Shown: in pieces, positions 30,621 through 40,695 of the stretch
How the letters are laid out: every line of letters begins with the position of its first letter
Position numbering within the stretch: the stretch's first letter is position 1
NCBI GenBank assembly: GCA_040751795.1
Contig: JBFMHR010000002.1
Location: 32,001-96,000 of the forward strand
From: Thermoplasmatota archaeon
GTDB taxonomy: Archaea > Thermoplasmatota > Thermoplasmata > UBA10834
DNA length: 64,000 nt
Direction: 5' to 3'
The notes under the pieces: generated by a model
What the model saw: only the letters and a program-made list of their open reading frames with translations
What the model was told of the DNA's origin: nothing
The model's database searches: none
Made by a program: the position numbers and the translations under genes

Positions 30621-31318
30621 CACATCTGTTACTTTCGAGACCTCCGATTGCTCGGAGGCGGGACACGATTTCTCGTGGCCTCCTCATGTCGCCATGAGGG
30701 TCGGACTATATCTTCATCCATCCGGATGTTCGGCGTATAGTCTCTGAGGATTCTAGACGCAGATTCGTTTCGCCTTCTGTTCATCTCACTTGCGAGTATG
30801 GCTACTTCCCTTAGTCCTGCTGCAGTCAGATGTTGACCTCTGTCAATGATCCGGACTGCTTGCGCGAACTTCTTGAAGTCGTTCCGCTTCTTTGTCCGCA
30901 GAGGATTTCTATCAAAGAACTCCACAACCTTCTTCAGGTTGTCTAGTCCACGTACTCTGAGTTCCATCCGATCGCCGTTGTTAACGACGACCGATCCACA
31001 ATCGAAGAACGATTGCATGACTCTCAGGATGCCTATGTCTCTGCGGTGCTGTACTACGCGGAACTCTGGCAACACCTGCCAACCCATCTTCATTCGTGGT
31101 TGACGATTGATGCCTATATGGAAGCAACCTTCTCCATCGACGAACCCGACGACCCAATTCGCATCTAGCCTTTCCTGCTGATTACCTGCACCCATCACAT
31201 TGTCACCAGGCACTCGAGGCCTTCTCCTTATCTCGAGGAGTTGACCGAAAGTGCTTCGGTAGTGTGAGATACTCAGGCGTTCCAGCATATGGCCGAATTT
31301 TACTAAGGCAACGCAGTC
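30621..31318 (-). mobile_element. Group I intron in 23S rRNA at E. coli-equivalent position 1931
   Basis: Splits AAGGU^AGCG; 5' exon ends in U, intron ends in G; P1 UAAGGU/GCCUUA; P AUGCUGGAAC, Q AAUCAGCAGG, R UCAGAGACUA, S AAGAUAUAGUCC. Confidence 0.93.
30629..31195 (-). CDS. Single-motif LAGLIDADG homing endonuclease, intron-encoded
   Basis: WVVGFVDGEGCF motif, FRVVQH, PLRTKKRNDF; lower GC than host genes. Confidence 0.93.
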   Translation of the reverse strand: MGAGNQQERLDANWVVGFVDGEGCFHIGINRQPRMKMGWQVLPEFRVVQHRRDIGILRVMQSFFDCGSVVVNNGDRMELRVRGLDNLKKVVEFFDRNPLRTKKRNDFKKFAQAVRIIDRGQHLTAAGLREVAILASEMNRRRNESASRILRDYTPNIRMDEDIVRPSWRHEEATRNRVPPPSNRRSRK

Positions 31319-31352
<34 letters not shown>

Positions 31353-33298
31353 ACGGTCCTTCGTTCCCTTGTAAGGGAGTTTCAGATACCGTCACTGGGC
31401 AGGATTCAGCGGCAATACGCATCCTTTCGGACTAGCTGCCACCTTTGTTTTGGTTAAACAGTCGGGGCTCCCTTGTCACTGCGACCAGCTCATCACTGAG
31501 CTGGCACCGCTTCTCCCTAAGTTACGCGGCTAATTTGCCGAGTTCCCTCGCGTCAATTAACGCCGACAGGCCTTGGACTTCTCATCCAGGGGCACCTGTG
31601 TCGGATCTTGGTACGATCGTTCCAGTTGTTTAGCACATCCTTTTTCACGGGCACCAGGGATAGGCTGAAGGGGGCCTTCGCCCCCCTACTCGTGATTTCA
31701 CCCGGTTCTCGCCATTACGGCTCTTCCCGGGCTTATACACTTGAACAGATTGGCGCTCCTGTTCAGCATACCCCGATACGTCAGGATGTGCGCAGAGACT
31801 GGCACGGTGCAGGAATATTAACCTGCTTACCCTTTCGACGTTCTCGATTAAGGAACGCCTTAGGATCGACTAACCCTCGACTGACGAACATTGTCGAGGA
31901 ACCCTTGCCCCTACGGCCGAGCGGATTCTCACCGCTCTTTGCTGCTACTCCCACCAGGATCCTCATTCGAACGCGGTCCATTCGATCTCACGACCGAACT
32001 TCTACCCACGCACGACGCCCCCCTACCAGGTCACCTTTCGGTGCTCTCAAGTATCGGTAGCTGACTTAGCCCCGTCCATTTTCAGGGCCCTTGATCTTGA
32101 CCGGTGAGCTGTTACGCTATCTTTAAATGGTGGCTGCTTCTAAGCCCACATCCCGGTTGTCTCTGACTAAGGACTCCTTTTGCCCGTTCGCACTTAGTCA
32201 GCATTTAGGGACCTTAACTTGAGGCTGGGTTGTTCCCCTTTTGCGTATGGAGCTTACCCCTCATACGCTCACTCCCGGAGTCTAAGACGACGACAGGTTC
32301 GGAGTTTGGCAGGGCACCGAGGGATTTCTCCCCCTAAATGCCCAATCGGTCGCTCTACCCCATCGTCCGCCTCGTCCGAGATCTACCTGCGAGTAGTTTC
32401 GGGGGGGACCAGCTATATCCAGTTTAGATTGGCCTTTCACCCCTAGACGCAGATTATCCCAATGATTTGCACCTCAACACGGGTTCGGTCCTCCACCCAG
32501 GTTTCCCTGGGCTTCAACCTATCCACGCCTAGATCAACTGGCTTCGGGTCTCTCACCGATGACTTCGGGCGAGCCCACCCCGTCCCTGGCCCTTGCGGGT
32601 TGCGGACTTGTCGGTTTCCCTCCGGCTCCTTGGTTGCCCAATTAGCCTCGCCATCGATTTGAACTCCCTGGCCCGTTATTCGAAACGGATAATACGACGT
32701 CGGTCCACTCTTGCGAGTTTCTTCCCTTGCACGCCGTATAGTACTGTCACCATCTGGTTTCAGGCTCTTTGCACCTCCCGCTAAGGGTACTTTTCAGCTT
32801 TCGCTCACGCTACTACTGCACTATCGGTCTCGGGTCGTATTTAGGGTTGGAAGCAAATGGCTCCCAGATTCACGCGCGATATCCAACGCGCGGTACTCAA
32901 GATCCTCCGAATCATCTTTCCAGCTTGCCCCTACAGGGCTGTCACCCTCTATGGCGCCCCATTCCAGGGGACTTCGGGTTGGCAGGTTAAGATGTACCAG
33001 AGTCTACAACACCACATCTCCGGCCCATTTCTGGGCAGGATTCAGTTTGCCCTGTGCCGCGTTCGATCGCCTTTACTGACGGCATCTCGATTGATTTCTT
33101 TTCCTCGGGGTACTAAGATGCTTCAATCCCCCCGGTTCCCTATCCTCACGGATTGCTCCGAAGAGCAGGAAGTCCCATTCGGTGATCACCGGATCAATAG
33201 CTCCTTGCGCTTACCCGGTGCTTATCGCAGCTTGGCACGACCTTCTTCGGCGCCCGAACCGAGCCATTCCCCAGACGGTTTACTTAGCCGCTAGCATG

Positions 33299-33328
33299 TC
33301 GGCTCAGCACACGTCCGTGCTGCACATG
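33299..33328 (-). other. 5' arm of the pre-23S processing stem (BHB)
   Basis: Reverse-complementary to 29621-29650. Confidence 0.85.
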
Positions 33329-33497
33329 ATCGGTATTCACAAGAGCCCGCAGGTCCTTCCCGCCCGCTGCCCCTCTACCATCTTCCCCGGTCAGTCGATG
33401 CCCGGGTGCACGATCCCTCCCCACTATAACAGGACGCGTTTCCTTATTTAGGAATTGCCCTGCCAATGGGCTGGGGTATCCCGCTATGTATGGTCCC

Positions 33498-33505
33498 ATA
33501 TAAAA
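33498..33505 (-). promoter_or_regulatory. Probable TATA box of the 23S rRNA gene
   Basis: TTTTATAT on the minus strand about 200 nt upstream of the mature 5' end. Confidence 0.55.
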
Positions 33506-33615
33506 GCGTTGCCGTGTGAGTCGCCGAGACCAGGGGTTCCACTGGAACCGGCCCCGGGGCGGGGCCGAAATCTTGATTTGCCCACGAGCCGATTGCACCA
33601 GCTGGATGGGTGCAC

Positions 33616-34329
33616 ATGGCGTCTTCTGAAGTTCCGCCGCCCCCGGGCGACGCGAAGGCCTCCCCTCCCCCTCCGGGGCCCGCCCCGGCCGAGGAGAGGC
33701 CCGCGGAGCCCGGCGAGGAGTGGATCGAGGAGTACGAATCGGAGAAGAAGGTCAAGGAGCCGAGGAAGAAGGTCCCGCACCTCTTCGGCATGATAGCGGT
33801 CGTGGCCGTGATACTGATCCTGGTGGTCTGGACCCTCATCAGCCCGCAGGTCCTCCCCGAGGCCGGCTCGGACTACCTCGCCCCTTCGCCTTACGCGAAC
33901 CTCGGCTCCTACGCGGGGGACCTCGACATCTGGTGGCTCTTCAACGCCGTCCACGTCGCCAACACCACGTGGGGCGTCTCCGTGAGCGGGGACCCGAACG
34001 TCACCGCCGGCCAGGCCGCGACGTTCCAGGTCCTGGTCACCAAGGTCCACGAGGAGGTCAAGAACGCCTGGTTCGTGGGGACCTCCCTCTCCCTGAAGCA
34101 CGTCACCCTCATGGTCGAGGGCGGGCCCCAGGTGGGCGAGATGGTCTCGAAGTCCTCCCAGACTTACGGGCCCATCGCGGAGGTCGAGGCGACCTTCGAC
34201 GAGCCCGGGAACTACTCCTGCTCTGTGTACGTGGAGGTCACCGTCTACGGCAAGATGCTCATAGGCTACCTGCCGGTCAAGGTCCTGAGGATCACGGCCG
34301 ACCTCGACGTCGCCATAGTCGCGTCGTGA
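33616..34329 (+). CDS. Single-pass membrane protein with beta-rich extracellular domain
   Basis: Pro/acidic N-terminus, one TM helix, Ig-like pattern (FDEPGNY). Confidence 0.7.
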   Translation: MASSEVPPPPGDAKASPPPPGPAPAEERPAEPGEEWIEEYESEKKVKEPRKKVPHLFGMIAVVAVILILVVWTLISPQVLPEAGSDYLAPSPYANLGSYAGDLDIWWLFNAVHVANTTWGVSVSGDPNVTAGQAATFQVLVTKVHEEVKNAWFVGTSLSLKHVTLMVEGGPQVGEMVSKSSQTYGPIAEVEATFDEPGNYSCSVYVEVTVYGKMLIGYLPVKVLRITADLDVAIVAS

Positions 34330-34377
34330 GCGCGCCCGATAGATGATATATAGCTACACGCGCATCGCTCAGGCTGC

Positions 34378-35019
34378 ATGGCGTTCGACCTCATCCTCGT
34401 CAGGCACGGCGAGACCGACTGGAACAAGGACAAGGTGTTCCGGGGGCAGATGGACATGCGCCTCAACGCCACGGGCATCGCCCAGGCGGACGCGACGGCG
34501 GAGGCGCTCAAGGGCATCGTCTTCGAGGCGGTCTACTCCAGCCCGCTGAAGCGGGCCCTCGTCACAGCGAGGAGGATCGCCAAGCCCCACGAGATGGAGG
34601 TCAGGGCCGCGAACGGCTTCACCGACATGTTCTTCGGCTCATGGCAGGGGCTGACCGAGGCCCAGGTGGCGGAGAGGCACCCGAAGCTGCTCCAGAAGTG
34701 GAGGGAGAGCCCCACCCGCTTCAGGCCCCCGGGCGGCGAGAGCGCCTCCAAGACCTGGAAGAGGGTCAACAGCCAGCTGAGGGAGGTCATATTCACCCAC
34801 GGCACGGGCACGGTCGTCGTCGTGTCGCACCGGGTCCCGCTCAAGATGATGACCGCCTACCTCCTCAGGAGGAAGCTCGGGGACATCAGGACCATGAGGC
34901 ACGACCCCTGCGCGATATCGGTGTTCAAGGTCCACGCGAAGGACGAGTACGAGGCGGTGCGCCTCAACGACTCGAGCCACCTCAAGGGCCTCCGGCTGCC
35001 GGAGCCGGACGACTTCTGA
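34378..35019 (+). CDS. Histidine phosphatase / phosphoglycerate mutase family protein
   Basis: LVRHGETDWN, SSPLKRA, VSH. Confidence 0.9.
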   Translation: MAFDLILVRHGETDWNKDKVFRGQMDMRLNATGIAQADATAEALKGIVFEAVYSSPLKRALVTARRIAKPHEMEVRAANGFTDMFFGSWQGLTEAQVAERHPKLLQKWRESPTRFRPPGGESASKTWKRVNSQLREVIFTHGTGTVVVVSHRVPLKMMTAYLLRRKLGDIRTMRHDPCAISVFKVHAKDEYEAVRLNDSSHLKGLRLPEPDDF

Positions 35020-35716
35020 GCCTCTCCACGAGCCCTTCGATGCCTGAGAGCCCGTCCACGCGCTCGTACCCCGAGCCGTGGAACGCGCCGCGCCTGTCGA
35101 CCAGCACGGGCAGCACTCCCGCCCTCTCGGCCCCGGCCATGTCCGTCGCGGGCCGGTCCCCGAGGAACACGGACCGCCCTGGCTCCGCGCCGAGCATTCC
35201 GAGGGCGATCCGGAATATCTCAGGGTTCGGCTTCCTCACGCCGACCTCGTCGGAGATGACCACAGCGTCGAAGTGCCTCTCCATGTCCAGGTTCACCAGG
35301 ACCCTCCTGGCTAGCTCGGTCGCGTTCGACACGAGGCCGGCCCTCAGGCCCATGCGGCGCACGGCCTCGAGCGCGGGAACCGCGTCGGGGTAGGCGACCC
35401 AGCTCTCCATCCTCGTCACGACTGCCCTGAACTCGCGCCCCAGCCCCGCTGCGAAGGCACCGACGTCGGTCTCGATGCCGAGGTCGTCCAGGACGATGCC
35501 GTCGTACTCCAGCCAGTAATCGCGCTCGTCCCCTCCGCCGATCCTCGCGAACTCCCCGTCCATGAGCCGCTCCGCCTTCGCGAGCGCGGCCATCAGACGC
35601 CCTCTGTCCGTGGCGGCGCCGTGCCTCCCGAGCGCCCTCGCGAAGAGCTCCTCCACCGGCGGGTCGAGGTCCCAGAGCACCCCGCCGGCGTCGAACAGGA
35701 CCGCCTCCAGCTCCAT
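34982..35716 (-). CDS. HAD-superfamily hydrolase
   Basis: FDAGGVL, VSN, RKPNPEIF, GDRPATD. Confidence 0.88.
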   Translation of the reverse strand: MELEAVLFDAGGVLWDLDPPVEELFARALGRHGAATDRGRLMAALAKAERLMDGEFARIGGGDERDYWLEYDGIVLDDLGIETDVGAFAAGLGREFRAVVTRMESWVAYPDAVPALEAVRRMGLRAGLVSNATELARRVLVNLDMERHFDAVVISDEVGVRKPNPEIFRIALGMLGAEPGRSVFLGDRPATDMAGAERAGVLPVLVDRRGAFHGSGYERVDGLSGIEGLVERLRSRPAPAAGGP

Positions 35717-35768
35717 GTCTGTCCGGTGCCTACCGCGTCCCGGCGTATGTAATGCTATTGGCGCATGC

Positions 35769-36626
35769 TCACTTCAGCAGCTCCGGGACGTCCGTCGGGA
35801 TCCAGGCGACCCTCGCCCCCGCCGACTCGAGCGCCTTGATCTTGCTCTCGGCCGTACCCCTGCCCCTGGCTATTATGGCCCCGGCGTGGCCCATCCTCTT
35901 CCCCGGAGGGGCGGTCCGCCCCGCGATGTACGCGACCACGGGCTTGGTGACGTGGGCCTTGATGAACTCGGCTGCCTCCTCCTCGGCCGTGCCGCCGATC
36001 TCGCCGACGAGGACGATCTTCTTGGTGTCCTGGTCAGTCTGGAACTTGGCGAGCACGTCGACGAAGTTGGTGCCCGGGACCCTGTCGCCTCCGATGCCGA
36101 CGCAGGTCGACTGGCCAATCCCCTTCTCGGTCATGGCGTTCACGATCTCGTAGGTCAGGGTGCCGGACCTCGACACGACGCCCACGCTGCCCCTGGTGAA
36201 TATCTTGCTGGGCAGGATGCCGACCTTGCCCACGCCCGGCGCGGCCAGGCCCGGACAGTTCGGGCCCACGAGGGTAACGCCCCTGCTCCTCGCGACGGCG
36301 ACGAAGTGTATGGCGTCGTGGACCGGCACGTGCTCCGTGACGACCACGATGTTCCTCAGCCCCGCGTCGAGCGCCTCCATGACCGCGTCCTTCGCCCCCG
36401 GCGCGGGCACGAAGACGCAGGAGGTGTCCGCCCCGGTGATGGCCACGGCCTCGGCCACCGAGTCGAAGACGGGTATGTCGTTCACCCTCTCGCCGGCCTT
36501 CCCCGGCGTCACGCCGGCGACGACGTTGGTGCCGAAGTCGCGCATGGCCTTGGAGTGGTACGTCCCCTGGTATCCGGTTATCCCCTGGACCACGACCCTC
36601 GTGTCCCTCCCGATTATGACCGTCAT
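35769..36626 (-). CDS. sucD: Succinyl-CoA ligase alpha subunit
   Basis: QGITG, GPNCPG, SRSGTLTYE, MGHAGA. Confidence 0.96.
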   Translation of the reverse strand: MTVIIGRDTRVVVQGITGYQGTYHSKAMRDFGTNVVAGVTPGKAGERVNDIPVFDSVAEAVAITGADTSCVFVPAPGAKDAVMEALDAGLRNIVVVTEHVPVHDAIHFVAVARSRGVTLVGPNCPGLAAPGVGKVGILPSKIFTRGSVGVVSRSGTLTYEIVNAMTEKGIGQSTCVGIGGDRVPGTNFVDVLAKFQTDQDTKKIVLVGEIGGTAEEEAAEFIKAHVTKPVVAYIAGRTAPPGKRMGHAGAIIARGRGTAESKIKALESAGARVAWIPTDVPELLK

Positions 36627-36630
36627 ATTG

Positions 36631-37734
36631 TCACCTCAGCGACTCCTTCGAGGCCTTCTCGGCCGCCTCGCTCAGCCCGGACGCGGGGATCATCCCGGCC
36701 TCCTTCAGCATCTCCCTGCCCAGCTCCTCGTTGACCCCCTTGATCCGCGCGACTATCGGCGCGGATGTGGGCCTCGCCTCGATGGCCTCCAGCACGCCCT
36801 TCGCGACGGTGTCGCACTTGGTGATGCCGCCGAAGATGTTCAGGAGTATGACCTTGGGGTCGGCCTCCTCCATCAGGAGCATCGCGCTCTTGACCTTCTC
36901 CGGGTCGTCCGTGCCCCCGAGGTCCAGGAACACCCCGGCCTTGCCGCCGAAGGTGTTGAGGCTGTCGAGCGTGGCCATAGTGAGGCCCGCACCGTTCGCT
37001 ATGACCCCTATGTTGCCGTCGAGCTGGACGAACGCGATGTCGAGGTCCTTCGCCTTCGCCTCGAGCGGGGTGAGGTCCTCCTCCATGCCCTCGTACTCAG
37101 TGTGCCTGAAGAGCGCGTCCGAGTCGATGGTGACCTTCGCGTCGCCGGCGACGACCTTCCCGTCCCTGGTGATGACCAGCGGGTTGATCTCGGCGAGCTC
37201 GGCGTCCTCGGAGACCACGAGCCCGTGGAGCCTCCTGACGATGTCCGCCATCTGGCGCGCCTGCTCCTTCCCCAGGCCGAGGAAGCCGGAGACCCTCCTG
37301 CCGATGAAGCCCTGGTAGCCGATCAGGGGGTCTATGGATAGCATGAGTATCTTCTCCTCCGGCACGGACTCGATGTCCATGCCGCCGCTGGCCGAGGCCA
37401 TGAGGAGGAGGCCGCGCCTGCCCCTGTCGATGGTGATGCCCAGGTACAGCTCCTTGGCGACGTCCAGCCTGCCCTCGACGAGGACCTGCTTGGTCACATA
37501 CCCTCTGATGTTCATGCCCAGGATCGCGGAGGCGGCCCTCCTGGCCTCGTCCACGGTGTCGGCGGGCTTGATGCCGCCGGCCTTGCCCCTGCCCCCGATG
37601 AGGACCTGCGCCTTCACCATCACGGGGCCGGGCAGCCCCTTGACCTGGTCAGGGGACGTGACGACGAACCCCTCCGGGACCGGTATGCCGTGCTTCCTCA
37701 GCAGCTCCTTGGCCTTGTACTCGTACAGTTTCAT
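36631..37734 (-). CDS. sucC: Succinyl-CoA ligase beta subunit
   Basis: KAQVLIGGRGKAGG, EINPL, NGAGL, NIFGGIT.CD. Confidence 0.95.
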   Translation of the reverse strand: MKLYEYKAKELLRKHGIPVPEGFVVTSPDQVKGLPGPVMVKAQVLIGGRGKAGGIKPADTVDEARRAASAILGMNIRGYVTKQVLVEGRLDVAKELYLGITIDRGRRGLLLMASASGGMDIESVPEEKILMLSIDPLIGYQGFIGRRVSGFLGLGKEQARQMADIVRRLHGLVVSEDAELAEINPLVITRDGKVVAGDAKVTIDSDALFRHTEYEGMEEDLTPLEAKAKDLDIAFVQLDGNIGVIANGAGLTMATLDSLNTFGGKAGVFLDLGGTDDPEKVKSAMLLMEEADPKVILLNIFGGITKCDTVAKGVLEAIEARPTSAPIVARIKGVNEELGREMLKEAGMIPASGLSEAAEKASKESLR

Positions 37735-37869
37735 CCCGTCGCCTTCGGCAGTGAAGCAGGCGCGAGCATATTTAGCGGTTTTCCAGGGACAGGGGTTCGT
37801 GTTCGCGGCGTGATGTCCGGCCGCTTGTGTCGAAAGGCTTATCCGAGGGCCGTCCAATCATACAGCCCG

Positions 37870-38451
37870 ATGCAGCGGGACGTGAAGATTGAAACTCTGG
37901 TCGTCATGTCCGTGTGCGTCTTCGCCGCCCTCGCCGTCACGGCCTTCCTCGTTCCCTTCGAGGACGAGAACACGAGGTTCTTCTTCGTGGCGCTCGCGGC
38001 GGTCCTCGTGTCGATAAACGTCGCGGGCTTCTTCATGGTCTGGCAGTCGTCGCCGACCATAATAGACGAGATCTTCCTTATGACCCCGGACGGCCGCCTC
38101 CTCAAGCACTACACCAGGAGGCTGAAGCCCGACCAGGACGACGACATCCTCGCCGGGATGCTCACAGCGGTCCAGAACTTCATCAAGGAGAGCTTCGAGG
38201 AGGCCGGCGGGAAGCTCAAGGAGATAAGGTTCGAGAACTACGACATCTTCATCTCTCACTCCAAGAGCGTCGTGGTCGCGGCCATCATATCGACCAAGAA
38301 ACCGGAGAAGCTCAGGGTCCAGATGAGGCTCGTGACGGACGACATAGAGAGGCACTTCGGGCACAAGCTCGTCAACTGGTCCGGGGACAAGGCCGACCTC
38401 GCCGGCGTGGACGCCATCATGAAGAGGCTCCTCTCGGGCAAGTACCGCTGA
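37870..38451 (+). CDS. Two-TM membrane protein with C-terminal longin-like domain
   Basis: EIFLMT-DGRLL-H beta hairpin, ILAGMLTAVQNF..ESF helix, three strands, two helices. Confidence 0.7.
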   Translation: MQRDVKIETLVVMSVCVFAALAVTAFLVPFEDENTRFFFVALAAVLVSINVAGFFMVWQSSPTIIDEIFLMTPDGRLLKHYTRRLKPDQDDDILAGMLTAVQNFIKESFEEAGGKLKEIRFENYDIFISHSKSVVVAAIISTKKPEKLRVQMRLVTDDIERHFGHKLVNWSGDKADLAGVDAIMKRLLSGKYR

Positions 38452-38506
38452 GCCCGTCGGGCGCGTAAGAAGCCTTTAAGACCAACACCGCCCATCGCGC
38501 TACTGG

Positions 38507-39322
38507 ATGGAACTCAAGGAGCTCCTGAAGAAGGTCGTCATGTTGGGCGACGGCGCCGTGGGGAAGACCTCCCTCACTGCGAGGTACGTTGTGAACAAGT
38601 TCGACGACAAGTACATCGCCACGATCGGGACGAAGGTCTCGAAGAAGGACATGCAGATAACGAAGCCCAACCTCATAATCAACCTGAGGATGATGGTCTG
38701 GGACATCCTCGGGCAGAAGGAGTACTCCAAGATCAGGACCGCGAGCCTGAGCGGGGCCCAGGGGGTCATCCTCGTCGCCGACCTCTCCCGCCCGGAGACG
38801 GTCAAGAGCGTCGAGGCCTTCTGGATACCGGAGATCGAGGGCGCGGTCGGGAAGGTGCCGACCGTGCTGATAGGGAACAAGCACGACCTGGCCGAGAAGG
38901 AGTCAATGGCAGTGACGATGCTGGAGTCCATAGGCCAGAACCTCGGGTACCCGACCTTCCTCGCGAGCGCCAAGACGGGCGAGAACGTCGAGGCCGCCTT
39001 CGCGACCCTCGGGGACCTCATGGTGGCGGACGTGGTCGCCAGCAGGCCCAAGGGGGCGGAGGAGCTCCCTCAGACCCTCTCCGAGGCCGTCGACTTCATA
39101 ATCCAGGACTTCTGCGCCCAGTACGGGGACCTCGAGAAGGCGATGCTGATCGTGCAGCACCAGTTCGAGGCCGCCGGGGTGGACATCAGGAAGCCCAACA
39201 AGGACGCGGTGCTGCAGGCGCTCGACGGCCTCTCGAAGGCCGAGGAGCTCTCCCTCACGAAGACGGTCGCGGCCGTGAACCTCGAGGAGAGGCAGCGCAT
39301 GGTCGTGCTCGCGAAGGGGTGA
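38507..39322 (+). CDS. Rab-like small GTPase with C-terminal helical extension
   Basis: G1 GDGAVGKT, G2 YIATIG, G3 WDILGQ, G4 NKHD, G5 SAKT. Confidence 0.9.
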   Translation: MELKELLKKVVMLGDGAVGKTSLTARYVVNKFDDKYIATIGTKVSKKDMQITKPNLIINLRMMVWDILGQKEYSKIRTASLSGAQGVILVADLSRPETVKSVEAFWIPEIEGAVGKVPTVLIGNKHDLAEKESMAVTMLESIGQNLGYPTFLASAKTGENVEAAFATLGDLMVADVVASRPKGAEELPQTLSEAVDFIIQDFCAQYGDLEKAMLIVQHQFEAAGVDIRKPNKDAVLQALDGLSKAEELSLTKTVAAVNLEERQRMVVLAKG

Positions 39323-39406
39323 GCCAGGCGGGCCTGGCTGGCCCTCCGCCCCGGAGGGTGTGAGAGGCCAAGGTTTTATAAGGCCGGTGCTATCCGGATT
39401 CTCGGG

Positions 39407-40054
39407 ATGAAAGTCCACTACGTCGCAGGGGTGGCGTACGACAGCAACGTCTACCTCCTGGAGGATGAGGACCCCGTGCTCGTGGACTCCGGATCGGGCG
39501 CATACGCGGACGCGGCCTTGGAGGAGGTGTCTAAGATCGTCCCGCTGGACAGGATCGGGCGGGTTGTGCTCACGCACAGCCACTACGACCACATAGGCGG
39601 AGCGAAGGCCTTCCAGGAGGCCACGGGCGCGAGCCTGCTCCTCCACGAGGCCGAGGCCGCGCCGCTGATGGCGGGCGACTCGTCCATGACCCTCGCGGGC
39701 CTCTTCGGCAAGGGGCTGGAGGGAATCGAGGTGGAGCCGCTCAGGACGGGGCAGAGGCTCAGGCTCGGCGCCACGGAGCTGGAGGTCCTGCACACCCCAG
39801 GCCACTCGCCGGGATCCATTGCCCTCTACGACCCGTCCAGCAAGAGCGCGGTCGTGGGCGACACGGTGTTCTGCGACGGCGGCGTGGGCAGGTGGGACTT
39901 CCCGGGCGGGGACCTATCGGAGCTGAGGTCCTCCGTCAACAGGCTGAGGGAGCTGGGACTTAGGAACATGTACCCGGGCCACGGCTCGTACGCCGAGGGG
40001 GACGCGAAGGTCCACCTCGGGATGGCCGCGGAGTACATAGCAGAGGCGTACTGA
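39407..40054 (+). CDS. Metallo-beta-lactamase fold hydrolase (glyoxalase II-like)
   Basis: THSHYDH, HTPGHSPG, GD, PGHG. Confidence 0.9.
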   Translation: MKVHYVAGVAYDSNVYLLEDEDPVLVDSGSGAYADAALEEVSKIVPLDRIGRVVLTHSHYDHIGGAKAFQEATGASLLLHEAEAAPLMAGDSSMTLAGLFGKGLEGIEVEPLRTGQRLRLGATELEVLHTPGHSPGSIALYDPSSKSAVVGDTVFCDGGVGRWDFPGGDLSELRSSVNRLRELGLRNMYPGHGSYAEGDAKVHLGMAAEYIAEAY

Positions 40055-40695
40055 TGAAAGTGATCAAGTGTCCGGACAGGAAGGAGTGCAAGAGGTGCGA
40101 CCTAGCCGCAGGCGAGATGGACGAGGTCCTGGCCGCCCTCAAGGCGGGGGAGCTGGTAGTGTTCCCCACAGACACGCTCTACGGCCTCGGCGCCGACCCG
40201 TTCAAGGAGGCGTCGGTCAAGAAGGTCTTCGTGGCCAAGAACCGCCCCTTCGACATGCCCCTCTCCATAGCCGTCAGCAACGAGAAGATGATGGAGAGCG
40301 TGGCCGTGCTGAACGACAACGCCAGGAAGCTCATCAGGAAGTTCATGCCCGGGCCGATAACCATAATGCTCACCAAGAAGCCGACCATCCCCGACATACT
40401 CACATCGGGTTCAAACACCGTCGGGATCAGGATACCGGAGCACCCCCTGGCGCTCGCCCTGATCGAGAGGTTCGGGCCCATCACGGCGACGAGCGCGAAC
40501 CTCCACTCGCACAAGGACCCGACCGACGCCAGCCTCCCCAAGAAGGACCTGAAGGACCACGTGAAGATCTGCATCGACTGCGGGAAGACGAAGTACTCAG
40601 CGCCGTCGACCATCATCGACGTCTCGGACGGGGAGGTCGAGGTGATCAGGAAGGGCGTCGTTTCTCAGGAGGAGATCGAGGACGCCCTCCGTTAG
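40054..40695 (+). CDS. tsaC: Threonylcarbamoyl-AMP synthase (YrdC/TsaC domain only)
   Basis: PTDTLYGL, K.RP, PGP.T, TSAN, STIID. Confidence 0.9.
   Translation: MKVIKCPDRKECKRCDLAAGEMDEVLAALKAGELVVFPTDTLYGLGADPFKEASVKKVFVAKNRPFDMPLSIAVSNEKMMESVAVLNDNARKLIRKFMPGPITIMLTKKPTIPDILTSGSNTVGIRIPEHPLALALIERFGPITATSANLHSHKDPTDASLPKKDLKDHVKICIDCGKTKYSAPSTIIDVSDGEVEVIRKGVVSQEEIEDALR

Noticed and set aside
30621-31318. BHB-type archaeal intron or simple intervening sequence
   Set aside because: Group I hallmarks (P1 U.G, terminal G, P/Q/R/S) are present instead
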